A stretch of DNA of 64,000 nt from Octopus sinensis (GCF_006345805.1 NC_043006.1:94302001-94366000), one strand, 5' to 3'. Counted from the stretch's first letter, positions 26,722 through 40,265 are shown. A program made the numbers and translations. Notes: generated by a model not told the origin, from the letters alone.

Positions 26722-27401
26722 CTTTTATCTCCTATCTTTTACTTGCTTAAGGCATTGGACAGCGACCATACTGGGGCACTTCCTTGAAGGGATTCACTGC
26801 AACAAATCGAATTAATTCTTTTCATTTTAAAGTTTGGTGCTTATTCTACTGGTTGGCATGCGGTGGCAAGGGGATAACGAACACACGCATACATACATAC
26901 ATACTTACATACATACATACATATATACAGACATGCATACATACATAAATCAGCCGAGCACTGAGTCAAAGTTGTGAGGGAGCCAAAAGCGTGTCTATAG
27001 CCACTCGTGTCTATATATACACATTAAAGCAATTAACAAAATCCTTTGTACTAACCATGGGGTCACACTCACTTGCGAGTGACGGCTACGTTTTTATATA
27101 TGCACCCTCTCACACATATTGTGGTGTGGGAGAGAGGGAGAGAAAGAGATGTGAATACACAGACACACGCACACACTTATACACATATTCACATATTTAT
27201 GCTCAACCCAAACCACATTCCTACATATATACACCCACACGCATAGCTTCCTCTTCCACATGTTATAGAGAGAGACAGCATATGAAGCATATCAGTGAGT
27301 AATGCTTTCTTTAATGCTGCTCTCTCACCCGTGACGGCAATATTATATTTGCCAAAATATCTACGCAAGGATATATACTAACAACAACAATAATAATACT
27401 G

Positions 27402-27438
<37 letters not shown>

Positions 27439-27452
27439 TAATAATAATAATG

Positions 27453-27488
<36 letters not shown>

Positions 27489-27609
27489 TAATAATAATAA
27501 AGAATAATATACATTATGATAACATATATATTATACATATATGTATAAATGTGTATGTATGTTGTTATATCTTATTTCTCTCCTCCCCCTCTACATACAC
27601 ACACTCTCC

Positions 27610-27643
<34 letters not shown>

Positions 27644-27683
27644 GTATATATAATATATACATATATATATAGATAGATAGATA

Positions 27684-27720
<37 letters not shown>

Positions 27721-27730
27721 TTAAACTTAC

Positions 27731-28021
27731 TTGGAGGATAAGAAACGAACGACGCGAGGCGCTCAGTCATATAATAACAATTTAACAAATAAATTTTATT
27801 TCATTCATTTTGCAGGAAGGATTGCTTCGACCGGATCGTGTTCTGCCCTTACCTTCGAAACACGCATTGAGTCGAACCAGGGTCGGCTGATGAAGGGGAA
27901 TATTCCTTGTATTGTTTGCCTTGTACTCTGTTTTTTTCGTTGTTAAAAAAAGTCCGTTTCCTTGTTTGTTTTTATGTTTTCGTTTCTCGTTGTGTTCTAC
28001 GTTTATTTGTGGTGTCCTGTA

Positions 28022-28113
<92 letters not shown>

Positions 28114-28195
28114 TATGTATATATACATATAGATGTAGGTATGTATATATATGTATGTGTGTATGCATATGTTTTATTGTTAAATTGTTATTATA

Positions 28196-28271
<76 letters not shown>

Positions 28272-28801
28272 TGTATGTATACATGTAGATGTAGGTATGT
28301 ACATATATGTATATATGTATGCATATGTTTTATTTGTTAAATTGTTATATTATATATATATATATATATATTATTAAAAAAAAGGAGATGTCGAACACGA
28401 GTGGTGATATATAAAAAAGGAAATGAAGAAAATGCTGACAAATAATTGAAGTATTAGTAATTTAATTAGGTGAAAGTTCTTTTTACCGGTTGCGCATTTG
28501 TTATGCTTATATATTTATATAACTTACTTGGAAAAGGATGCGTGGCGTTCGATCATATAATGATATAAATAATATATAAACATATACATATATACATACC
28601 TACATACATATGTATATATACACATGCATATATGAGTACAGGACATAAAAAAAAAAACGTTGAACACAATGAGAAACGAAAACATAAAAACAAAAACATA
28701 GAAACGACCTTTTTTCGAACAAAACAAAAAACAGAAACGAGACAAAAAGAACATTTCCTTCTTCAGTTGTCCCTATTTCATTTACTCCACGTTCGAAGAC
28801 A

Positions 28802-28803
<2 letters not shown>
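27731..28803. mobile_element. Family D repeats in inverted and direct arrangement among (TA)n tracts
   Basis: aacttacttgga..gcg.ggcg.tc..tcatataat at 27724 and 28521; inverted body 27800-28350; internal ~85-bp duplication (28109 and 28268). Confidence 0.7.
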
Positions 28804-28860
<57 letters not shown>

Positions 28861-28865
<5 letters not shown>

Positions 28866-29262
28866 CGCAGGAGGAGTGGCTGTGTGGTAAGTAGCTGGTT
28901 TACCAGCCACATGGTTGTTCCGGGTTCTGTCCCACTGCGTGGCACCTTGGACAAGTGTCTTCTACTATAGCCTAGGGCCGACCAAAGCCTTGTGAGTGGA
29001 TTTGGTAGACGGAAACTGAAAAGATGCCCGTCGTATATATCTATATATATGCGTGTGTGTGTTTGTCCCCGTAGCATTGCTTGACAACCGATGCTGGTGT
29101 GTTTATGTCCCCGTTACTTAGCGGTTCGGCAAAAGAGACCGATAGAATAAGTACTGGGCTTACAAAAAGAATATGTCCCGGGGCCGAGTTGCTCGACTAA
29201 AGGCGGTGCTCCAGCATGGCCGCAGTCAAATGACTGAAACAAGTAAAAGAGTAAAGAGTAAA
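28861..29262 (+). mobile_element. Full-length SINE family A
   Basis: tRNA-like head, internal TA/TG microsatellite, tail cttgacaaccgatgctggtg..gcggttcggcaaaagagaccgatagaataagtac..cagcatggccgcagtcaaatgactgaaacaagtaaaagag. Confidence 0.9.
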
Positions 29263-29264
29263 AG

Positions 29265-29309
<45 letters not shown>

Positions 29310-30413
29310 CACTCGTACATCTCTGTATCATTGCATGCAGTCACCGACATACACACATACATTAAGTAACTAACACTGTATCTTAAATGTTGTGTGTCAC
29401 GTTTATTTTTACCTTCCTACAGGACCATTTACCCTACCACATACGGACACACACGAGCGCACACGAACACACACACGCATGCATATCCAAGCACACACAT
29501 ACGCACATACAAATATATTTAGAAGTGTGAAAAGGCAAAAATTTTTCAGATGTTTCATTATTTAATTCTAATCTCTACAGCTGTTTCAACAGTAAAATAC
29601 TCATTCATACCAATTAATATATAAAAAAAGTACATAATTAATTCCCCCCTCTCTCTCTCTCTCTCTCCTTCACTATCCCTCTGTTTCGATCTCTTTCTCT
29701 CTATGTGTGGTTATACATACACACACACAATCATATAAATATATACATATTTATGTACACATGTACACACATACACTCACGCACACACATACACACACAC
29801 ACATGGCCATACATTTGTGTTTGTAAATTCGGGAAGAGTAAACCCATGACTAATAGAACACAGAAGTAAAAATTAAATTGTCGGTGCGGGTTCAATTCCC
29901 ACAAGACCCTTGTTTTGCTTTATGTATTTTCTTATACATATGAGTCTTTCCGAATTTCCATTATATCTATGTAAATATAAATACATATGTATGTATATAT
30001 ATATGTGGATATATACATTTATATCTAAAATGTATACACACACAAAACACAGACACACACACATATATATATATACATGTGTGTATAACATATATATATA
30101 TCACACACACACATATCTATATACATATATGCATAAATATACACGCACATATATACACAACTTCCGTTTTCGAATATATATCATGTTTGATGTTAGAATA
30201 TATTGCGTATCGTTTTATGTCTGAATGTATATACGCGCGTGTGTATGTATACCTTCTTGTAACACACACACATAAACACATATACACACATATACACACA
30301 TATATATTCACACACAAAAAATATCCAACAAATGTGCCTGGTTTTCGAATATAAATATTGTTAATATTGACTGTAAATATATGAGCGCTGATGTATATAC
30401 GTGTGTGCCTCTG

Positions 30414-30464
<51 letters not shown>

Positions 30465-31544
30465 ATGCTTGTGTGTATTTGTATTTGTGTTCCTGAGAGT
30501 AAATGCGGTTTTTTTTTCTTATTTAACCCTTATCCATCGCTTAGCTTTTTTGCAGCAGACCTATAATCGAAGACGTTCTTGTCGTGACTATCCCATCGGT
30601 TTATCGTGTATATTATGAATAACGTTGTTCAATGTATTCTTCTAAATTTAAAATTGCATTGAGAGTCTGAGGGAAGTTTAGCTGCTCTTTCTAGTAGATC
30701 GAGAGACTGAATAAAGTTTTTTTTCTCATTATTTGTTAGGGAGGAGATAGTGTGTGGGTATATGTATATGTATGTGTGTGTGTGTGCGCGCGCGCGCGCG
30801 TGCGTGTGTATGTGCGTGTGTGCGCGCGGTGTGTGTGTGCGTGTGTGTGTGCGTGTGTGTGCGTGGGGGATGTGTAGAATAAAGCGTATATATATCTGTA
30901 TATGGTGTGAATTTTCATTGGAATGGTTACTTTGTGTGGAAAGACGTGTGTTTAGGGAAAGGAAAATGAGGAGGAAGAGAGAAAGAGAGAGAGTATGTAT
31001 GTATTAAATGTGTGTGTGCGTGTGGAAAGAGTCACAGATGAAGTGAATGGAATGGTGAGAATTCCAGATGTCAAGTTGAAGCAAGGAATTGGCAAGTCTT
31101 TGGACGATAAACCTCGGTGATGCGATTTGGCGGTGGCAAGGTGATGGGGATGGAGTGGGTGGCGGCGGCGGTGACGGTGGTGGTGGTGGTGGTGGTGGTT
31201 ATGGTGTCAAAGCTGATTGCCGGTGGTGTCGGTCGTGGGACAGGGGTATGGGTGGGAGGAGTAGGAGGAGGAGAGAATATTGTGGTATTTGTGCTTGTCA
31301 CTGGCTCTGTGGAGGGATGGCGGGGGGCGGAGAGTAACGTTGGTGGTTGTGTGGGTGGTAGAAGTAGTAGGATGACGTGACACGACAGAGGAGATGGGAG
31401 AGGAAGGGGGGCCTGTGGGAAGATGGAGATAGGTGGAGGGGGGATCTTCTTGTTCGAGGTTAAGAGGTCATGAAGACAAGAGGGAGTTAACTATCAATCA
31501 GACAAAAACGGGTCGCTGCTGTCATAATAGCCACACGTGTATTA

Positions 31545-32200
31545 CCTATAGTAGTAGTAGTAGTAGTGGCGGTGGTGGTGTTTGTAGTAGTAGCAACAGC
31601 AGCAGTGGTAGTATTAGTAGTGCAACAGCAGTAGTAGTAGTAGTAGTAGTGCAACAGCAGCAGTAGTAGTAGTAGTAGAGACGGTGGTGTTTGTAGTAAT
31701 AGCAACAGCAGCAGTAGTAGTAGTGGTAGTAGTAGTAGTAGTAGTAATAGAAACAGCAGCAGCAGCAGTAGTAGTAGTAGTATTGTAGTAGAAGTAGTAG
31801 TAGTAATAGTAGTAGTAGTAGTAGTGTAGTAGTAGTAAGTAGCAGTAGAGGTGGTGGTGGTGGTTGGTGGTGGTGGTGTTTGTAGTAATAGCAACAGCAG
31901 CAGTAGTAGTAGTGGTAGTAGTAGTAGTAGTAGTAATAGCAACAGCAGCAGCAGCCAGTAGTAGTAGTAGTTGTAGTAGAAGTAGTAGTAGTAATAGTAG
32001 TAGTAGTAGTGTAGTAGTAGTAGTAGTAGTAGTAGTAGAGGTGGTGGTGGTGGTGTTTGTAGTAATAGTAGTAGTAGTAAAGGCAGCAGCAGCAGCGACT
32101 GCAGCAACAGTAGTAGTAGAAGTAGTATAAGTGTAGTATCAGCAGTAGTTGTAAACGTAGTAGTAAAGGTTGTAGTATTTCTGGTAGTTAGTAGTAGTAG
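31545..32200. repeat. Compound (AGT)n/(GGT)n/(AGC)n repeat with higher-order unit
   Basis: Unit ggtggtggtgtttgtagtaatagcaacagcagcagtagt recurs at ~31571, 31683, 31871 and 32045. Confidence 0.9.
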
Positions 32201-32348
32201 CTGTAGCTTGTGGTGGGGAGGGTGACAATTAACCCCGTTGTTTAGCCCCAGGTCAGCAGTCCTGATGATGAATGTGATCAAAGATATTCGAGCAATGATC
32301 ATCCGGATTCTTTTTGTATCCTTTTCTCTTGGTTTTTTTTTTTGGTCT

Positions 32349-32383
<35 letters not shown>

Positions 32384-32924
32384 TATATATATATATGTAA
32401 CACTATATTATTCAATGACTTTTTAATATCGTGGGGTCTTATTTGAGGAAATTTAGCTACTGTTTTTAGCCAGGCTGACGTGTATACAGAGCAGGGACAG
32501 GCAAGCTTTTTCAAGAAGTGAGTCGCATGAGATATGTATGGGTCAGGCGCAATTTGTCCCTGACTGATATAGGTGCTTCCTCGATAGTGACTGGTATGGA
32601 TGTATTTAGCAGTGTTCGAAGAGGTGGCCACTACAAGCAACGGGAGCCGACAGTGTGGTAGATATAATGGTCGCGATAATAAAGGCAGGCTTCTTCTTTA
32701 GTGCCAGAGCAGATCTGATGTAACAGACCGATGAAACTAAGCGTTCCAACTGTGACCAACCTGTATTTTCAGATAGGCATCTTTGTGATTCTGCTCAAAA
32801 TTAGTCGCCGCCTTGATCCTTAAGTACCCTTAATAGAACCTGCACTCTAGAAAGGTTTGAAGACCCCTTTCCGCCCGCCTCTCTACCACTCCCTTAGGCT
32901 GAGTAATGAGTCATGATCACTGCC

Positions 32925-34305
32925 ATGGCTGCGTGGTTTTGGGTTCAGTCCCACTGCTACGCAGCTCGAGCAAGTATCTTCTACAATGTCCCCCTACTCC
33001 CGGTTCGAATAAGGCCTTGTGAATTAATTTGGTTGCTAGAAGCTGTGTGGAAGCCCGTCGTGGGTGTGTGCGTCCTCCTCTGTGTTGTGTTTCTCTCCAC
33101 CGGAGCTTGACAACCGATGTTCGTTTGTTTATGTTCCTGAAACATTAGTGGATCAGGACCAGACTAATAAGAATTAGCATAGATTTGTTCCCTTGAACCA
33201 ATGATTCTCAGCCATTGGAACCTCATAGCCATTCAATAATTAAAAGGAAATGTGGATCTTTATGGTTATCGTCACTGTCTGCAATTTTGTTCCAATGGTT
33301 TTCAAATTTGGTGTATGAATTAGGTTTTGTATACTGAATTCATTTTCCCTATAAATCCATAATCAAAAAGTTATTAGCCTATAAAATTTGCAAAATTTAA
33401 GTATTTTAGCCAATAAGAAGCGAGTATTATACACATCACCGTGGCGAAAAACTCTGTTTCCACAGTAATCAAAGGTGCTGCGCTTGCGCACAAGGAGGAG
33501 AAGGAGATACGAGGAAGATAATCTTACTATAATAATACTCTTGTGTTTTTTTCCGTCACAACATATGGATGAGAAAGGAAGGGGTGATAGATGAATAAGG
33601 AAGGAAGGGGTGATGACAAACTGGAAGTGGGATCGTTTCAACTCTGAGTGAGCATATGTGTGTGCATGTAAAAGGGAGGTATGTGAATGTGTGTTCGTGC
33701 GTGTATGTGTGCGTGTGCAATGGAAGTGGGATGGTGAACATTCAACGCCGAAAAGAAAAATCAAGCGGCGTTTCACTCCTGTGTGAGTATATGTGTGTGT
33801 ATGTATGCGCGTGTACAAGGGAAGTAGCAATGTTTCACATGATGATACACTCCCTCGCCCCGATGATGGAAGAGGCAACGAAAGCGCTGTTTTCTGATTG
33901 GCTGAAAATTCTGAAAATGATCAAATTTTGAACATCTGTAACATTTTCGCAATTCTTTTTCTGGAATAAATGAATACCAAATTCAGATTCAGCGTCAAAA
34001 CTTACATCAGTATGATACGTTAAAACAATTATTTAAAGATAATTGTAAACAGTGACAAAACCCACAAAGATCCAAACGTTTCCATTATATTTTAGCGTTA
34101 AATATTATTAGGAATTATATGAAATTTTTAAAATATTGTATTCTTGAAGTATAAACAATTTATTGCTCAGAAACTTTCACAAAACATTATATGAACGTCA
34201 AAGAGCTATTTGGATCCCAGGTGAAAACCACTACATTAAACCCTTGAAGGCGGTGCCCAAGCATGGCCGCAATCCAATGACTGGAACAAGTAAAAGACAA
34301 AACAC
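32925..34305. mobile_element. Three-layer nest: SINE A > hAT MITE (33199-34233) > unclassified TIR element (33246-34083)
   Basis: hAT TIRs caatgattctcagcc / ggtgaaaaccacta with imperfect 8-bp TSD ccttgaac/cattaaac. Inner TIRs tggatctttatggttatcgtcactgtctgcaatt / aattgtaaacagtgacaaaacccacaaagatcca. SINE A tail resumes at ~34238. Confidence 0.75.
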
Positions 34306-34656
34306 GAAAACATATGAAAGTTTACTATTTATGATTTTTAATGGTGTGACTTGAGTGAGATTTGACTGCTAATTCTAGCCGGTCAACGATCGTGTATAAG
34401 TTCCTTTTCTGGCTCTTATATTAGTTACATACTTGGCGGAAATTCAATTACGTAGACATTGTATAAAGGGAAAGATTTATGGTTTCAAATATTGCAAGAC
34501 TCGCCAAAGTTTTCTCATCACGTTTCGCGATAATCTCTCGAGAAATGGGCAATTCTGTCTATAGAGTCACAAATCACCAATTATATAAACATACAATCTT
34601 GGACATATACTTATTGATTCTATCATCACTCCTTCGGCACGTACGCTAAAGATTAT

Positions 34657-34700
34657 ACATTGCTGATGAGGTCATAATAAAGCCGAAATATATCTTGTTC
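34657..34700 (+). ncRNA. Degenerate minimal hammerhead motif
   Basis: CUGAUGA GGU cauaauaaa GCC GAAA uaua UC; palindromic stem III; stem I poorly paired. Confidence 0.45.
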
Positions 34701-34789
34701 ATTTAAAGAAAATACGAATCTTGGGGATTAGATTTAATGGATTATACTTTGACTTAAATACTTCACTGGTATTTATTTAACAATTCGCT

Positions 34790-35185
34790 GGAAAGGCTTT
34801 GTAAGAAGCTTGCTTCTCAACCACATGATACCAAGTTCATTCTTACTGCGTGGCACGTTGAGCAATCTCCTTCTGCTATAGTCATGAGCTGAACAAAACC
34901 TTGAGTGGATTTGGTGGACGGAAACTGAAAGAAGCGCGTCGTATACATACGGGTGCGTGCGTATGTGTATGTGTGCCTTTGTAATTGTGCTCGTCCTTCC
35001 TCCTTTGACAGCCGGTGCTGGTTTGTTTACGCTGTTAGTTTGTTTATGTTCAGAACAAAAGAGACGGACAGACTTAGTACCAGGTTAAAAAAATAAATAC
35101 TGCGATCGGTTCATTCTACCAAGAAATTCTTCAAGACGGTACAACAGCATGGCCGCAGCCTGATGACCAAAGCAACTAAAAGGTC
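34790..35185 (+). mobile_element. Diverged SINE family A
   Basis: gtaagaagcttgcttctcaaccacatg..gagtggatttggtggacggaaactgaaagaagc..cagcatggccgcag. Confidence 0.8.
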
Positions 35186-35366
35186 AGATTACTTCAGGCA
35201 GTATTTGAACTCGAAGCGTAAATAGACGCCGAGGACCGTAACTGTGAACGCCAAGGCACTTTGTCCGCCATTATTATCAATTCAACTAAGAAATGATAGT
35301 GTTTGTTTTTCAACGCATATTTATTTCTAACGTTTTTGACCAAGTGGCATAAATATGCTAACAATA

Positions 35367-35414
<48 letters not shown>

Positions 35415-35723
35415 GTAATACACAGATAACTCCTTAGACGGTTTTTATAACCTCTAGTTAATCTTACCTGTACATACATAGATAAATATATTAATCAATG
35501 AAATTCCAACCTAATCTGATTTTCACGTTTTATTATTTACAATTTTACAATATTATAATAATTCAGTTAAGAGAAGGATAAGAAAATATTAGATTTATAA
35601 GCCCTAAAATCCATTTTCCGAGTTCGATTCCAAGCAGTGACCTGAATAATAATAATAATAATGATGATAATAATAATAACAACAACAACATACATAAGAT
35701 ATCCAGGTTCGAAATTTTCCCAA

Positions 35724-35769
35724 AACACCTGATGAAGGCTGGAAGGTATATCAGCCGAAACGTTGTGTT
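35724..35769 (+). ncRNA. Intact minimal type-I hammerhead ribozyme (family F element ~35700-35820 next to (TAA)n)
   Basis: aacac CUGAUGA A GGCUG gaagguauau CAGCC GAAA cg UU guguu; 5-bp stems I and II; palindromic AACGUU in place of stem III. Confidence 0.8.
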
Positions 35770-35829
35770 ACCAACAAACAAGATGAGGACAAATATCCGT
35801 CAAATGTAAATAATGTATTATAATAATTC

Positions 35830-36030
35830 TTTCAACTGGAATCGCAGGGGAAGGGATTAAGTCGATTACATCGACTCTAGTCCTTATCTGGTATTTATTT
35901 AATCGACCCCCGAAAGGATGAAAAGTAAAGTCGACCTCGGCGGAATTTTAACTCAGAACCTAGCAACAGACGAAATACCGCTAAGCGTTTCGCCCGGCAA
36001 GCTAACGAATCTGCCAGCTCGCCGCCTTAC
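35830..36030 (-). mobile_element. SINE family B
   Basis: Reverse complement of family B, head ending ctgccagctcgccgcctt. Confidence 0.9.
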
Positions 36031-36077
36031 AATATTATAATAATATTATTATTATATTATCTTTATTTATTGTGATA

Positions 36078-36115
36078 AAACTAGTACTTTCATGCGATAC
36101 GCAATCATCAGGTTT
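36078..36115 (-). ncRNA. Minimal hammerhead ribozyme island between (ATT)n tracts
   Basis: aaac CUGAUGA u UGCG uau CGCA u GAAA guac UA guuu; palindromic AGUACU. Confidence 0.7.
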
Positions 36116-36117
36116 AT

Positions 36118-36202
<85 letters not shown>

Positions 36203-36239
36203 ATACATGCATAACATTAATAACCAAAAGCTGGAACTT

Positions 36240-36600
36240 GATAGAAATGTAGTTTGAATTCTTGCGATATTTTCGCTTTGAAATATCCTAGAAAACTCCT
36301 CTAAAGTTATGACAAAATTGCGGCAGGCATCAATGCATATCGTTAATGATAGTATTCAAGGGTCGATATTTGATCCTTACCTCTTCATAATTAGTATGGA
36401 TTATGTAATGCGTATATCATTGCAAGAAGATCGATAAGCATGTCAGGAGAAGGTTTATCCGATTGATTTATGGTTGTAAGTCTTCCTATATCAGATTTTG
36501 CTGAGAACCTTGCAATTTTAAGTTGTAAGACCTTTGTAGCACAAAGATAACTCACAGATTCTGAAACTAGAAAACTTGCTCTGAAAAATCAATTAAAACT
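36240..36600 (+). mobile_element. RTE-type LINE reverse-transcriptase fragment
   Basis: SIQGSIFDPYLFIISMDYVMRISL and ISDFAENLAILS resemble the QGxxLxPxLF and FADD motifs. Confidence 0.7.
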
Positions 36601-38772
36601 AGTGATCGTACGCGTGTGATTTGAACCCCGTGGTCCCGTGGTTCGGCAAAAGTGGCCGACAGAATAGATAGTAGGCTTAAAAGAATAAGTCCTGAGATTG
36701 CTTCATTTGACTCAAATTCTTCAAGGCGGTACCCCAGCATGACTGCAGTCTAATGACTGAAACAAGTAAAGATAAAAGCTAGTTGTTAGAACGTCGGATC
36801 GAATACCACTTGGTACTTGTTCTGACAATTATTGCGGTGAGTTCAAACCCTGCCGAGGCCAACATTTTCCCTTGTTTTTTTCTGCAGTCGATCAAAAATG
36901 TATGGCAATGGATTGGCGGAATTGTAAGAACATTGGATCAAGTACCTTGTGATATTTTGCTTCGGCTGTTTGCGTGCTGCGTTCAAATCCTTCATGGGAG
37001 ACTTAATTTCTCGCCTTGTTTATTACGCTTACGTGTCAAAGTGGGTGCCTTCGCTGAGGTCTACGCTGTCACAAATATTTCAGGCCAATTGCCTGATTTG
37101 AAGCCTTCACAAGTCCCAGATTCTCTGTAAAGGCTCATGGGCACAACCTCCCTCCCCCTGAGATGCTGCTCGTCCGAGAAATGAGCCCCATGAGGTGGGT
37201 TAGCTGCTGCAGTGAGTGTTGCTGGTCATTGTCTGCGGCAACACCTTTGCAATTATGACTGCGCGGCGCGGCTAAACACGCTATTTTGTTTATGGTGTAC
37301 AATCCAATACTCTCTCTCTCTCTCTCTCTCCTCACCATCTTCTGCCGCTTAACCTCCTCACCATTTTTTCTTTTATTTTGTTTCCTTAATGAGTTAGTTA
37401 TGAGTCTTTCTGCGATAATTTGGTCTTTTATACTTTTAATTGTTTTCTTTTCTTGTAAAAAATTGTTGCTAAAAGTTCGTGATTTGAAAAACTAAAGGTT
37501 ATATGTACACATGCATATACATACACACACACAAACACGCACATATATACATGTATGTATGTATGTATGTATGTATGTATGTATGTATGTATGTATGTAT
37601 GTATGTATGTATGTATGTATGTATGACTGTATGAGTTATATACATATGTGAAAATTCAAAATGGAACATGGAAGCAATGAACAGAGAAAGAACGAAAGAC
37701 CAGTTAACATAAAAATACGAACAACCTCTCATTAGCAATGGGAACCCAGACCACTAGAGTAGTTTCAGCGCGTTTAAAATTCCTAGACTGTTAATTCCAT
37801 GGCGTTGCTTGTCTGGATTGCGCCGGTGATAGAGTGAATATCACTGAGATGATAGACTAAACGCGAAGAATATATCATACACTCGTACGTATAAACATAC
37901 AAACACGCACAGACATTAATCACAAATTGCAACAATTGTTTCTGTGTATTGGTAATAGCACTTAGTTGCTGGGGTTTCCATATGCTATTATATGAAATAT
38001 CATATAAGTGAACATGATCCAGCTGTGCGTGTACCAGCAAGTCATCAGGTTAGTAGCTTTGAGAGCATTCAAAATTCGCAACTAACAGCTGTTATTACTG
38101 TACGGAAACAATTGTTGTGATTTATGATTAAAACCTATTCATTCTATCTTCTTGTCATATAAATCTTTATATGAATTCTGCATACACCAACGGATTTCCG
38201 TGTGCATATTCAGTAAAAGGAGTAATCCTGCTGTATAATGGCATATGGTAACTTTTGGGGAGCTTTGAAATGCATATTATGAGGTTATTACCCAGATAAA
38301 ACACACACACACACACATACACGAATACATTGTCAGACGCTCAACTTCCTATGTCACACACATGTTTTGGATATACTATGACAAAGAGTAGAAATGCTTT
38401 CAGATGAAAACTTGAGTTAACAGGTGTAGCGACACACAATCTTTGCCAATTCTTATAATGTTCAGCCAGTGATAGAATTAAAATGTTACTTTTCGAAGTT
38501 TAAATTGAAATAGTTCTGTTCAATAGCATCGGAGTCTGGACAATAACACCGATGCTATTAACACGGACAGATGCCGGACATTCCTGTCTCTGGTATTTAC
38601 ATTTGATGTTTATTTCCAGAATAAAATACCAAACGGCTGAATATAAGCGAGCAGACATGCTCATGTAATAACAGTTTTACATTAAAAAAAGATTCATTTT
38701 AATTGGACAAGCTTTTAGAAAACCAAATACACCACAAATCACGCAACTGTAATCAGAAACAAGACGCAATAA

Positions 38773-39149
38773 CAGTCGTTCTCAACCATTCTTTTTGACC
38801 TTTGGATATCGCAGATTCCTATTACACCTGAGTGGACCATCATAGCAGTTCGATGTTTTTAAAATCCTTCTATATTTTTATGATTAAATATTATAAAGAA
38901 TTGTATTTAAAAAAAAAGAAAAACTGTTAAAATATTTTAGGCATTGTGGAAGTATAACCTATTTATTGAACATGATAGGCGCAGCAGTGGCTATGTGGTA
39001 AGAAACTTGCTTCCCAACGACATGATTCCGGGTTCAGTCCCACTGTGTGACACCTTGCGCAAGTGTCTTCTACCATAGCTTCGGGCCGACCAAAGCCTTG
39101 TGAATGGATTTGGTAGGCGGAAACTGAAAGACGCCCGTCGTATACACAC

Positions 39150-39223
<74 letters not shown>

Positions 39224-39890
39224 GTATATATATGCATAAGTATATATATGTATACGTATACATATGTATATATGTATATATTCACTCTTTTTTTCACTCT
39301 TTTACTTGTTTCAGTCATTTGACTGTGGCCATGCTGGAGCAGCGCCTTTAGTCGAGCAAATCGACCCCAGGACTTATTCTTTGTAAGCCTAGTACTTATT
39401 CTATCGGTCTCTTTTGCCGAACCGCTAAGTTGCGGGGACGTAAACACTCCAGCATCGGTTGTCAAGCGATGCTGGGAGGACAAATACTGACACAGAAACA
39501 TATATACACACATGCATATATATATATACATATATACGACGGGCTTCTTTCAGTTTCCGTCTACTAAATCCACTCACAAGGCTTTGGTTTGCCCGAGACT
39601 ATAGTAGAAGACACTTTCCCACGTTGCCATGTTTGTTCCCCCATCACCACTTGACAACCGGCATTGGTGTGTTTACATCCCCGTAATTTAGCGGCTCGGC
39701 AAAAGAGCCCGATAGAATAAGTACCAGGCTTAAAAATAAGCCCTGGGGTCAATTCATCCAACAAAAAATTCAAGGCGGTGCCCCAGCATGACTGAAACAG
39801 ATAAAAGATAAAAGAAAAGATAAGCTTTAACAACAAAATCTTATATGGATCCCCGCCCCCAAGGGGCCATACTTGGTTGGAGAACCGCCG
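38773..39890. mobile_element. hAT MITE interrupted by a nested antiparallel SINE A pair (38976-39820)
   Basis: TIRs cagtcgttctcaacc / ggttggagaaccgccg; body similar to 62404-62501 and 34085-34233; + head 38976-39145, - copy 39290-39615, + tail 39625-39820. Confidence 0.75.
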
Positions 39891-39894
39891 CTTT

Positions 39895-40265
39895 CAAGGT
39901 TTTATCATGTGACGGGAGATGTGAGTTCTCTCCAAAGCATCGCTGGTGTAAACATTAATTCGGCAGAGTGCGTGGTTCGGAGATCAGGGTGTCGGGGCAC
40001 GGTGTCTCTTTATAACGAGAGGTCACCAACTACGATATGACGATATGACATCGCCTGAGGAAAGTATCGCTAAGGAGATTTTACGTGCTTGGTCAGCTGA
40101 CAGCACGCTTAGGGGCTGACCACGAGCGAGATGTTTGGATATTATATTGGTCAGGCTTGGGGATCCTGTCGGAATATTAGCTCGTTACTTCGTTGTTACT
40201 GATTAGAATTTTTAGGGCGTGTTTCAAAACGCATTTTCTACGACCTCCACAGAAATAATGGGCTA
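39895..40265 (+). mobile_element. RTE-type LINE 3' end
   Basis: ERS/QLRY..TSPEESIAKEILRA..RG*PRARCLDI matches the RTE C-terminal RGRPRxRWxD motif. Confidence 0.7.

Noticed and set aside
28861-28950. tRNA genes at A/B-box heads
   Set aside because: No cloverleaf; heads continue into SINE bodies in many copies.
31061-31130. Possible micro-exon ag|..VKLKQGIGKSLDDKPR|gt
   Set aside because: No polypyrimidine tract, weak donor, no recognisable homology.
31487-32302. 271-aa poly-L/T/Y ORF
   Set aside because: Trinucleotide repeat translation.
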